This document shows positions 19,529 to 28,283 of a stretch of DNA of 64,000 bases, piece by piece (position 1 is the first letter of the stretch; each line of letters opens with the position of its first letter). Position numbers and translations under genes: made by a program. The DNA is from Candidatus Borrarchaeum weybense (GTDB lineage Archaea > Asgardarchaeota > Sifarchaeia > Borrarchaeales > Borrarchaeaceae). Below the pieces are notes generated by a model. The model had not been told where the DNA came from, made no database searches, and was given only the letters and a program-made list of their open reading frames with translations. The DNA lies in assembly GCA_019057385.1 (NCBI GenBank), contig JAHQJS010000004.1:1-64000 (forward strand). The letters run 5' to 3'.

Positions 19529-20143
19529 CTAAGATTTTTTCTTCTTAGCGGCTTTTGCCTCTTCATTTTTTTTCGCTTTCATCACTACCAATGATCCAAT
19601 GATTCCCCCAATAATGAAAGGTATTGCTAACATAAGTCCCATTAATTCATAAGGTAGCAAGAAAGTGGGAGGCGCATGTTGCGGATTTGTCGGTAGAGTG
19701 CGTTCATAGTATGCTACGGCTGCAGTTATCCATGTAAACGCCCATGCCAAGAATGTTGCAATGCCAAGCCATCCTTTGACACGCCCATATAAGAACATTT
19801 TGTTGAAATACGATAGGTATGTTTTAGCGACGATGATAACAAGAATCACAAACGAGCCAAAGGTATGAATAACATAGAGCGGGTCGGGTAACTCCATTGG
19901 TGGCACATTTTCAGTGACTGTCCCAGTAAATCACATTAAACCTGCAAATAAACCAAGAAAATAGAATACTGTAGCAAAACTCCCGAAGGCGCGATGTGAA
20001 CGAAAAAGCGCGTCATTTCCCCTAATTAAAAACAGCCTATTCTTAATATAAGCTGCGTAGTAACTGGTAAAAACTTGAGAGGTCGCATACAGCATGCCTA
20101 ACATAGTTACGATGGTATTATATTCAGCGATTTCGATTGCTAT
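19529..20143 (-). pseudogene. Membrane protein (DUF6529/cytochrome b561-like) interrupted by an in-frame TGA at 19931-19933
   Basis: Frame continues upstream of the 125-aa ORF: ...HRAFGSFATVFYFLGLFAGLM*FTGTVTENVPP...IHTFG; SD GGAGG precedes ATA (20141-20143) rather than ATG. Confidence 0.65.
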
Positions 20144-20232
20144 AATGTTCCCTCCGGTGAATTTGCAATGTTTGTCGAACTGATTTCTGTAAAATATAAA
20201 TACTTTGCAGTATCGTCAAAAAGAATAAACTT

Positions 20233-20395
20233 CTGTGCATCATAGAGGATTGGTGAACTACCACCCTACAAGTAGGCTGGCTTCCTGAATCATTCATTCC
20301 CCAACGGGACATGTCAAACAGGCTCTACGGGCAGTTCCTGCCCTGCATGTATGGTTAATATGAGAAGTGGCGAGTGTGACCTCAGCTCAATTCTA
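20233..20395 (-). ncRNA. Putative trans-acting omegaRNA (family B); guide CAATCCTCTATGATGCACAG
   Basis: Scaffold homologous to the tnpB 3' end/right end at 63577-63669; internal TATA-like box. Confidence 0.55.
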
Positions 20396-20503
20396 ACTAC
20401 CAGAGGTACCACACCTTATTTAAGTGTTGGGGACCACTGTGAAAGTGAACACGTAACACGATTCATCCCCCCAACAAGTAGAGGGGTCTTCTCGCGAGTT
20501 CTG
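20253..20503 (-). mobile_element. Non-autonomous IS200/IS605 minimal element, family B, copy 1 (251 bp)
   Basis: TTTAT 5' of the left end; left-end hairpin GAAGACCCC...GGGGGGATGAA; TATA-like CTTAAATA; 93-nt right end ending GGTAGTTCAC, one difference from 23461-23553. Confidence 0.88.
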
Positions 20504-20509
20504 ATAAAT

Positions 20510-20845
20510 TTGAGTTGGATAAATATCGAAAAAGTGAATTGGGAGCAGCATCCATTTTTAGACATTAAAATCAAGAAGTTGATTTCAAAGAAAAAAGATG
20601 GCGCTGATTTGACGATCTTTCTAGCTAAACTGCCAAAAGGTCAAGAAATACAGGCACACGTACATAAAAATTCAGATGATATTCTCTTTCCGCTAGAAGG
20701 AAAAGGAAAAATTTACATTGAGGGGTCTGGGGAATTCGAGCTCTTTCCGGGAGTTTTAGTTCGTGTCCCCAGAAACACCAAACATCGAGTTTCTGCTGAA
20801 GAAGATCTACTTTATTTTGATGTATTTGCGCCTCCCATGTTCTAA
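20510..20845 (+). CDS. Cupin domain protein (the ORF extension to 20351 is element-derived)
   Basis: HVHKNSDD...G and VPRNTKH cupin motifs; TTG start just outside the element. Confidence 0.85.
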   Translation: MSWINIEKVNWEQHPFLDIKIKKLISKKKDGADLTIFLAKLPKGQEIQAHVHKNSDDILFPLEGKGKIYIEGSGEFELFPGVLVRVPRNTKHRVSAEEDLLYFDVFAPPMF

Positions 20846-20872
20846 AAATGGTTAAAAATCATTTAGGATTGC

Positions 20873-22540
20873 TTAGATGCGGATTGTTTCAATTATCCAT
20901 CTCAAGAAGACTATACCAAATAGCCCAGCTAGAATATATCCTATTAAGCTATATTGTGGAAAACCGAAAAAACTTGGTTGTTCCAAGAAGAGAATCAATG
21001 TACTACTAATTATCATGGAACTAATAAGAAGTGAGAAGCCGATTCTATTTGCGGCTTTTTGTCGCATTAAAAGATGTTCTTCACTATCTTTATCCTTTAT
21101 TTGAACTGTCAGATTACCTTCCTCTAGACGTGTAAGGAGATAATTAAGCCGAGACGGAAGATCTCTTGTGAGTCTTACAAATCCTTGAATATTTGAAATT
21201 AATTGTTTTGCTAGTTCTTGAGGAGAAGCCATCTTTTCGATAAAACTGCTCATATAATTCTCTGCGTGGTCCATGAAGTTGAAATCTGGATCCAATATCC
21301 TCGCCGATTTCTCAAGAAACATAATAGCTCTTCCAAGGTTCATGAACTCGGTGGGCGCACGCATTTTATGCCGATAAGAAAGCTGGAATAGTTCATCCAT
21401 TAAGTTGCCCCAGTTAATGTCTTTCAGGGGCTTGTCAGCATAAGTGTCTATCAAATCACTAAGATCTCGCTCGTATAGTGTAATTTTTGTTTCTTCTGTT
21501 ACGATTCCCATTATTTTGAATTCTCTGACTATTGAACTGACGTCTTTTTGCATCATACCAAGGAATAATGCACTAAAATGCTCGATAGTTCTGGATGTGA
21601 TTTTTGTACACATCCCAAGATCTATTATGCCAATTGTGTTATCTTCCTTAACGATCAAATTCCCACTATGTGGGTCCACTTGAACGAATCTGAAATCGAA
21701 AATCTGTTTCATATAAGCATCGACAAGGTTCTTAACGATTAACTTTCCTCGTTGAACATCGAGTTTTTTTTCTTCAATTAGTTTTGAAAGAGGAGTGCCG
21801 TAAATAAACTCTTCGACAAGGACACGTTTACTTGTGTATTTGGAATATATTTTTGAAATCTGAACATTGGGATTATCATCAAAGTACTTATGTAACTTCT
21901 CTGTATTAGCAGCTTCGTTAAGGAAGTCCAGTTCGCGCATCATGGTGTACTCAAACTCACTAATAATACCTACAGGATCGTAGAGTTCACTAATACGCAA
22001 ATGTTTTTCAGCAGATTTTGCAAATTCATACATAAGACGAATATCTGCGGCAACGATTTTTTGGATTTCAGGTCTTTGAACCTTAATGGCTACGGTTGTT
22101 CCATCTTTGAGTTCTGCTTTATGAACTTGAGCTAGAGAACCTGCAGCAATTGGTTTACGATCTATAATCTTGAATACATCTTTAAGAGGTCTGCCTAACT
22201 CACTTTCAATGATTTCTTTTGCTTCTTCATAAGAAAATGGAGGAACTTCGTCCTGCAGCTTTTCAAATTCTTTGATCCACTCATCGGGAACCAAATCGGG
22301 TCTTGTTGACATAAGTTGCCCCAATTTGATAAACGTAGGACCCAAGTCTTCAATAACTTTCCTTACTCGAATTGCACGTCTCTCTTGCTTTGATAATTCA
22401 CCTTCACGAATTTCTTCTTTTGTTGGTTTGCTTATAGACGGAAAATGTGATGAAATACCGTCTATAAAAGCGCCGAAACCATGTTTGACTAATGTCCTTG
22501 AAATTTTGTTGAGGCGCCCAATATCTCTTATTATCGCCAA
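20873..22540 (-). CDS. ABC1/UbiB/COQ8 family atypical kinase
   Basis: LGPTFIKLGQ (KxGQ), AAGSLAQVH, VAIKVQRP, DPHSGN, IDLG; C-terminal TMs. Confidence 0.92.
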   Translation of the reverse strand: MAIIRDIGRLNKISRTLVKHGFGAFIDGISSHFPSISKPTKEEIREGELSKQERRAIRVRKVIEDLGPTFIKLGQLMSTRPDLVPDEWIKEFEKLQDEVPPFSYEEAKEIIESELGRPLKDVFKIIDRKPIAAGSLAQVHKAELKDGTTVAIKVQRPEIQKIVAADIRLMYEFAKSAEKHLRISELYDPVGIISEFEYTMMRELDFLNEAANTEKLHKYFDDNPNVQISKIYSKYTSKRVLVEEFIYGTPLSKLIEEKKLDVQRGKLIVKNLVDAYMKQIFDFRFVQVDPHSGNLIVKEDNTIGIIDLGMCTKITSRTIEHFSALFLGMMQKDVSSIVREFKIMGIVTEETKITLYERDLSDLIDTYADKPLKDINWGNLMDELFQLSYRHKMRAPTEFMNLGRAIMFLEKSARILDPDFNFMDHAENYMSSFIEKMASPQELAKQLISNIQGFVRLTRDLPSRLNYLLTRLEEGNLTVQIKDKDSEEHLLMRQKAANRIGFSLLISSMIISSTLILFLEQPSFFGFPQYSLIGYILAGLFGIVFLRWIIETIRI

Positions 22541-23295
22541 TTATATTCACCCTTTTGTCAGTTTCAAATCGGATAGAGCCAGAAAGTTAAAGATCAATGT
22601 TTTATACACCTATAATACATAGAACGGTTAATAAATTGAACTTGATATGAAGAAATGAGGCTAATGACAAGTTAATATCATCCTTGTGAGTCATATATTG
22701 TGAGTTCTGTTTAGTCTTCAAGATATTTCTCAGGCAATTTGTTTAATGAACCTTTCGAATTGAATAACTGATATAGACAGATCCTCACAAGATGGTGAAA
22801 TCTTATAGTTATAATGTTACATATTACGCGTCTTTGAAATTTTTTTGTTAACTTAACCAACAAAAATTCTTGCTAGTTTTAGCAACTTCTTTTTAAAGAG
22901 TTTTTTGTCGGCTTAGAGTCTATCTCAAAAGAAAATTGATATTTGGGTGCTTATCGACGATTTCCCAAAAGCGTACGAATTCGTTCATTCAACTACATTT
23001 AAATAGAGATGTGACAAATACTTGATTACTAACTTCTCATGATAGTATACTTAGAGTACATGAGTTGTTTCAAAAAGCGGCTTACCTCAAACGAGTTTAG
23101 AGTATAAGTCATAGGAGACTGTTAAAGCAATCATTATTATAATCTCATTATAATACTGGGGCAATTGCTAATCGCTCCTTTGAATACACATCTGACTGGC
23201 GAGGTAAGAAGAACTCCTAGATTAAATTGTTTTTCCAAAGTTTTTTTTATAGATTCTATCCAGAAGAGTAGAGACAAGCGTCGATATATTTTTAT

Positions 23296-23553
23296 CACGT
23301 CGCCGCAAGAAGACCCCTTAATGTGTTGGGGGGATGAAATGCGTTACTGTTTTCACTTTCACCATACTCCCTAACCTTTAAGTACTGATTCGCATAGATC
23401 GTAAGTAGAATTGAGTTGAGGTGACACTCGCCAGTTCTCACCTTAACTTCACATCGCGTTCAGGGCAGGAACTGCCCGTAGAGCCTGTTTGACATGTCCC
23501 GTTGGGGAATGGATGATTCAGGAAGCCAGCCTACTTGTAGGGTGGTAGTTCAC
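23296..23553 (+). mobile_element. Non-autonomous IS200/IS605 minimal element, family B, copy 2 (258 bp)
   Basis: TTTAT (23291-23295) | left-end hairpin, TATA-like TTTAAGTA (23377-23384), 93-nt right end ending TCAC, five differences from the tnpB-linked copy. Confidence 0.88.
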
Positions 23554-23573
23554 AGTCTCTTGCAGTGACTCTG
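23405..23573 (+). ncRNA. Putative trans-acting omegaRNA (family B); guide AGTCTCTTGCAGTGACTCTG
   Basis: Same scaffold as 63577-63669; start inferred from TATA spacing. Confidence 0.55.
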
Positions 23574-23609
23574 AATCGGTAAAAAAATCCAGAACTAATC
23601 TTAAAAAGT

Positions 23610-23714
23610 GGGCCGATAGCTCAGTTTGGAAGAGCGCCGCGCTCGCACCGCGGAGGCCGCGGGTTCAAAGGACATGGATCTTATCCAAGCCTGGAATTCC
23701 CGCTCGGTCCACCA
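23610..23714 (+). tRNA. tRNA-Ala(CGC) with a non-canonical 59/60 intron (23670-23697); CCA encoded
   Basis: GGGCCGA/TCGGTCC acceptor with G3:U70, CCGCG-CTCGCAC-CGCGG anticodon arm, BHB TTCA/TGGA with AA|G and AT|T bulges. Confidence 0.93.
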
Positions 23715-23781
23715 TCCACTTTACAAAAATTATTTGATTTCCTCTAAAAGCATTTTATTTTTTTATGCAGAACTGGTATAA

Positions 23782-24249
23782 TTGATTCTTAAGGGAAGCA
23801 TTGATGTGCAACGGGAATATCCAGATCGCCCTTTTGCTGCAGTAAGTATTGTAATTACTCAAAACGAAAATGTTCTTCTAATGAAACGTGCTCATGATCC
23901 AAAAGCTGGTTTTTATTCTGTCCCTGGCGGTTTAATAGAGTTAGGTGAAAAATTTGAAGATAGCGCGATCAGAGAAGTCGAAGAAGAGACTGGGCTTAAA
24001 GTCAGACTTGAAAAAGTAATTGATGTAATTGACAGTATCACGCATGATGAACAGGGTGTAAGGTTTCATTATGTTCTCATTGGCTTTTTAGCTAGGCCTC
24101 TTGGACATGAAAATAAATTTATTCTGTCGACAGAATCTCTGGATACTCGGTGGGTACACTTTGATGAACTATCTAACTATCCTTTGACTAATACAGCTAC
24201 GCATTTCTTTAAAAAATTAGATATTCTACCGCAAGGAAGCGAAAAATGA
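23782..24249 (+). CDS. Nudix hydrolase (ADP-ribose pyrophosphatase-like)
   Basis: Nudix box GGLIELGEKFEDSAIREVEEETG. Confidence 0.92.
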   Translation: MILKGSIDVQREYPDRPFAAVSIVITQNENVLLMKRAHDPKAGFYSVPGGLIELGEKFEDSAIREVEEETGLKVRLEKVIDVIDSITHDEQGVRFHYVLIGFLARPLGHENKFILSTESLDTRWVHFDELSNYPLTNTATHFFKKLDILPQGSEK

Positions 24250-24302
24250 AACTTTAAATCCATAGCAAAACATTCGCGTAGTGAAATCCAAGTAGTTCAA
24301 AC

Positions 24303-25049
24303 TCAAAATTCAGTTAGTAGTAACTGTCTTGAAAGTGGCAAAGAAAAGTACGTAATTGAATGAGTAGCAGGAAAAGACACATTAAACAAAATATGTGGTC
24401 CTAATTCTGTGCGAAATTTCTTTGCATTATGAGCATGTGCATGTATGACTACTGTTGGAAGATTTTTGTGTCCTAAGAGTATATTTTCCATTCTTTTCGA
24501 ACCTAACAGCGGATATACCTGCTCTTTTTCACCAAATAGAAGTGAGTAGCCAACTGCATAATGTGATACCATAATTGAATAGTCAATTTCTTTCGATAAT
24601 TTCTGAGATTCTAAATCATTGAGCAATTTACCAATAACATTAAGACGGTTTTCATAAATTCCGAGAATATTTGGAATGTTTATAGCCTGCCATCTAGTTG
24701 GTTTGTCAAGCACGCCCCGTGTCCCAATAACGCCGATCTTTTTTCCTTTAATGTGAAAAACTGATGAAGAATCATTCAAGAATGAGACATATTCCCCAAA
24801 TTGTGAAAAGAACTTTTCTTCTAATTGGAAATACTCTTCGTTCCCAAAGCACACTACAATTGGGCAACTAATGTATTCATTCAGTACTTCAACGACTAAA
24901 TTGAAACCTTTGAGAAAACCCTTATGAACTGTGTCTCCCGCAAGTATAAATAAATCAAAAGACTTATCTTTGAGCTTTTTCATAGCAGAAACAAATTCAG
25001 TTAAATTTTTAGGTGAATGTACATCGCCAACGCAACCTACGTAGATCAT
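24303..25049 (-). CDS. Calcineurin-like metallophosphoesterase with C-terminal PIP-box-like motif
   Basis: GDVH, AGD, GNEE, SHY, HAHAH; ends QLLLTEF. Confidence 0.85.
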   Translation of the reverse strand: MIYVGCVGDVHSPKNLTEFVSAMKKLKDKSFDLFILAGDTVHKGFLKGFNLVVEVLNEYISCPIVVCFGNEEYFQLEEKFFSQFGEYVSFLNDSSSVFHIKGKKIGVIGTRGVLDKPTRWQAINIPNILGIYENRLNVIGKLLNDLESQKLSKEIDYSIMVSHYAVGYSLLFGEKEQVYPLLGSKRMENILLGHKNLPTVVIHAHAHNAKKFRTELGPHILFNVSFPATHSITYFSLPLSRQLLLTEF

Positions 25050-25366
25050 ACGCGGTCCCCTTGACCAATAATTTTTTCCATTCTTTGACTCTTTCTTTAT
25101 TGCTATCCAATGTCCTATGTATAGTTTGGGTATTTTTGTCGGGATGATTGCACAAAATCATTAGAGAAAATGAAAATCAAGAGATACTGAGCGCGCCTAC
25201 CTGTAATGAAAACCTTTATAGCAATGAAACTACAATAGATGTCTATGTTTTCAGTGTGCTAAAGGCATATATTTGTGTATCATGCATATAGCACACATGT
25301 CGCGCGCTAGAATTATATATATTCGTTTTATAAAGCAAAATATGAAGTGAAAGAGGGGATTGCTAG

Positions 25367-27634
25367 ATGGTCGCAGCTAAGATAAGCTTATCACAGATGA
25401 AATTAGATAACTGGCTCAAAGTTGTTCAGAAGGAAGAAAAGGGCACGATACTCGTGAGAACAAGTAGTGGACTTCTTGAGCCATTTAATCCCGATAAAAT
25501 TGTGAAATCATTATTAAAAGAAACTGCTTATGTATCAGAGCAATATTCTGATGTCCAACCACTAATTGTGACCGAAGCACGTGAGTTGGCCAAGAGTGTA
25601 AAGCGACACATAAAAAATCTTCCTTTTGTTTCTGCTCCCCTTATCAGAGAGTTAGTTTGCACTTTAATGCTGCTAAAAGCAAAGAAGGATCCCCGATATG
25701 CAGTTTATCGTAATTTCTACACCCGTGTTGGGACTCCCATTTATGATTATCTACAAATTATCCAAGGGGGAGGCTATGAAGCTAGAGAAAATGCTAATCT
25801 TCAGCCAAATCCAGAAACCGTTCACAAAAAGATTGCTGACAAAACTGCCAAAGATGCAAATATGTTAGCCGTGCTTCCACACGAAATTGGGGATGCACAT
25901 CTCACCAAACGGATTCATGTTCATGATTTAGAATATTTAGCGACTCGCCCTTTCTGTCAAAACTGGGATTTACGATATTTTCTTTATGGAGGTTTACTTC
26001 CCGATGGTACTGGACTGCATACAGCTGTAGCTGGCCCACCTAAGCACCCTGAAGTTGCACTTTTGCACTCTGTAAAGGTAATGGCTGCAGGGCAGACAAA
26101 TTTTGCTGGTGGGCAAGGTCTGTATAATTATCCAGTCTATATGGCACCTTATTTGAGAGGATTAAGTTATGATCACATAAAACAATTGGCGCAGATGTTG
26201 TTCTACGAAATTGGGCAAGCGTATGTTGCTCGTGGCGGACAATTGATGTTTGCGAGTTTGCAAATGCCACCTGGGGTGCCCGAAGTATATAGAGACTTGC
26301 CTGCAGTTATGCATGGCAAAGTATTGGAAGACACTTATGGAAACTATGAAGAAGAAGTGCAAAAATTTGTTCAAGCAGTTTTTGAAGTGGCATTAGAAGG
26401 GGACTACTGGCATAAACCCTTTGTGTTTCCGAAACTAGAAGTTCTCTATGACAAAGAATTCTTAGGAAAAGAATACGAGGATTATTATCGTTTAGTACAT
26501 GAAGTTGTTGCGAAATATGGAACTCCATACTTCGAGAACAGAATCCCAAGTTATAGAAGTGGTATCGGGGATAATGAGGTCAAAATAGGTTGTTATCAAT
26601 GCTGTGCATATGATCAAAGTACATCGGACAAGGAAGATCCTCAGTTTTGGGGCAAACTGTATTTTAAAGATGGAGCACATTTCAGCTGGGGCGCTTGGCA
26701 AGTAGTATCATTAAACGCACCGCAACATGCGTACCTTGCGAAAGGAGATGACGCACAACTATTTGAAGAACTGGAAAAGTCAATGAGGATGGCGTTACGC
26801 GTTTTCGCGATCAAAGAGCGCTGGATGAAGTCACAAATGAACAGAGGGCTCCTCCCCTTTATGACTCAGACTCCAAGAGTGAATGGACATTCCTTACCAC
26901 CGGCAGTAGATCATACCCAATTAAGGCACGTCTTTGGACTGGTTGGCGTCAACGAATTAGTTCAATATCACACGGGATATCAACTTCACGAGGATAATTC
27001 TGCACTCAGATTTGCCCTTAGATTCATAGTGGAAATGGAACGAATCAAAGAGATGTTACAGGAGGAAAGTGGACTACTATTAGCTTGTGCACGAACTCCC
27101 GCAGAAAGCACAGCGCAGAAAATGGCAATTTCAGACCTTGTTCATTTCAGGGAACAGGCAATACAAGTAGTAAAAGGCGACTTGAGTAGCATTGGAGCGA
27201 ATGGCACAAAAAATGTAGATCTTCCCGTGTATTACAGCAATGGAACCCATGTTACAGTAGACGCAGAAATCCCACTTTCAAAGAAGATGTCGATTGAAAA
27301 CAAATTTTTCCCAGCTCTTTCGGGAGGAAATATCTTTCACGTTTGGTTAGGCGAAGCACATCCCGACCCCGAAGCCTTGATGCAAGTAACACGCAGGATG
27401 TTTACTGAAACAGCAATCGGTTATATGGCTTATACAAAGGATATGAGCGTATGCCGGGAATGTAATTCAACATCTGGCGGTTTATTAGATCAGTGCCCAA
27501 TTTGCAATGGTCGAAACTTGGAATGGTATAGTAGGATAACTGGTTATTACCAAGCAGTAAGTGGTTGGAACGCAGGGAAAAAACAAGAACTAAAAGATCG
27601 ATATAGAATGAGGCAGCGTCAACTAGCCTCCTAG
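25367..27634 (+). CDS. nrdD: Anaerobic (class III) ribonucleotide reductase with ATP cone
   Basis: IHVHDL, RPFC, QCC finger loop, TPAES, CREC/CPIC zinc site, RITGYY glycyl-radical motif; the CC+Glu pattern suggests the thioredoxin-dependent subtype. Confidence 0.93.
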   Translation: MVAAKISLSQMKLDNWLKVVQKEEKGTILVRTSSGLLEPFNPDKIVKSLLKETAYVSEQYSDVQPLIVTEARELAKSVKRHIKNLPFVSAPLIRELVCTLMLLKAKKDPRYAVYRNFYTRVGTPIYDYLQIIQGGGYEARENANLQPNPETVHKKIADKTAKDANMLAVLPHEIGDAHLTKRIHVHDLEYLATRPFCQNWDLRYFLYGGLLPDGTGLHTAVAGPPKHPEVALLHSVKVMAAGQTNFAGGQGLYNYPVYMAPYLRGLSYDHIKQLAQMLFYEIGQAYVARGGQLMFASLQMPPGVPEVYRDLPAVMHGKVLEDTYGNYEEEVQKFVQAVFEVALEGDYWHKPFVFPKLEVLYDKEFLGKEYEDYYRLVHEVVAKYGTPYFENRIPSYRSGIGDNEVKIGCYQCCAYDQSTSDKEDPQFWGKLYFKDGAHFSWGAWQVVSLNAPQHAYLAKGDDAQLFEELEKSMRMALRVFAIKERWMKSQMNRGLLPFMTQTPRVNGHSLPPAVDHTQLRHVFGLVGVNELVQYHTGYQLHEDNSALRFALRFIVEMERIKEMLQEESGLLLACARTPAESTAQKMAISDLVHFREQAIQVVKGDLSSIGANGTKNVDLPVYYSNGTHVTVDAEIPLSKKMSIENKFFPALSGGNIFHVWLGEAHPDPEALMQVTRRMFTETAIGYMAYTKDMSVCRECNSTSGGLLDQCPICNGRNLEWYSRITGYYQAVSGWNAGKKQELKDRYRMRQRQLAS

Positions 27635-27670
27635 GGCGGAGCGATCCACCCCTTTCATCCACTCTTTTTT
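27634..27670 (+). terminator. Hairpin plus oligo-T after nrdD
   Basis: GGGCGGA-GCGA-TCCACCC followed by a T tract. Confidence 0.4.
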
Positions 27671-27784
27671 CAAATTTGGACATTTGTAGACGTTTTTTAT
27701 ATTTACTGCTGAGGAAATTGCATTTTTTCTCACAATACATGATTTAACAAATTCGAATGATTTTTCCGTAAATGGACACTGATA

Positions 27785-28222
27785 TTGTCAAAAGCGAGGG
27801 AAAACAATAAATATTACGGAATAGTGAATTCTGTGAAAAGAGGGATAATTTTGAGCGAAGAAAAGAGATTAATTGACAGAATTCTCCAAATTCGAGATGC
27901 TGCTATTGAGGCAATAAAGGATATAGCTGAAAGATTAGTTGCTAAATATCAAGTCAGCCTACAGATTACAGGGAAAATAAGTGAGACAGGAGTAGACACT
28001 ACGTTTAATATAAATTTGGATGAAATTCAGAAGCTTACAATAGAAGGAGAGAGACGAAGAGTCCTTGAAAGACTTATCACTCGGATTAAGAAAAGGCTAG
28101 AAGGTTTCGATGAATCACTGTTACAGGATGTTATGGAAATGGAGAATATGTCACTTTCATTCGGTATTAAAATTCCATTTGTTGCTGAAGGTTGTATAAA
28201 CATCTACATCTATAAAAAATAA
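27785..28222 (+). CDS. Hypothetical protein
   Basis: Protein-like helical composition; no recognised motif. Confidence 0.65.
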   Translation: MSKARENNKYYGIVNSVKRGIILSEEKRLIDRILQIRDAAIEAIKDIAERLVAKYQVSLQITGKISETGVDTTFNINLDEIQKLTIEGERRRVLERLITRIKKRLEGFDESLLQDVMEMENMSLSFGIKIPFVAEGCINIYIYKK

Positions 28223-28225
28223 GAA

Positions 28226-28269
28226 TTCTACCTGAAAAATGGTGTATCTCTAGCGTCTTTCAGGAAGAA
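28226..28269. terminator. Inverted repeat between convergent genes
   Basis: TTCT-A-CCTGAAA ... TTTCAGG-A-AGAA. Confidence 0.35.
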
Positions 28270-28283
28270 AACAATCTTTGAAA

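Noticed and set aside
20124-20509. ORF 20124-20312 and the N-terminal 53 aa of 20351-20845 as native protein; likewise ORF 23165-23374
   Set aside because: Largely derived from the inserted elements
25200-25366. Possible NrdR box or riboswitch upstream of nrdD
   Set aside because: Only weak palindromes; no convincing consensus match
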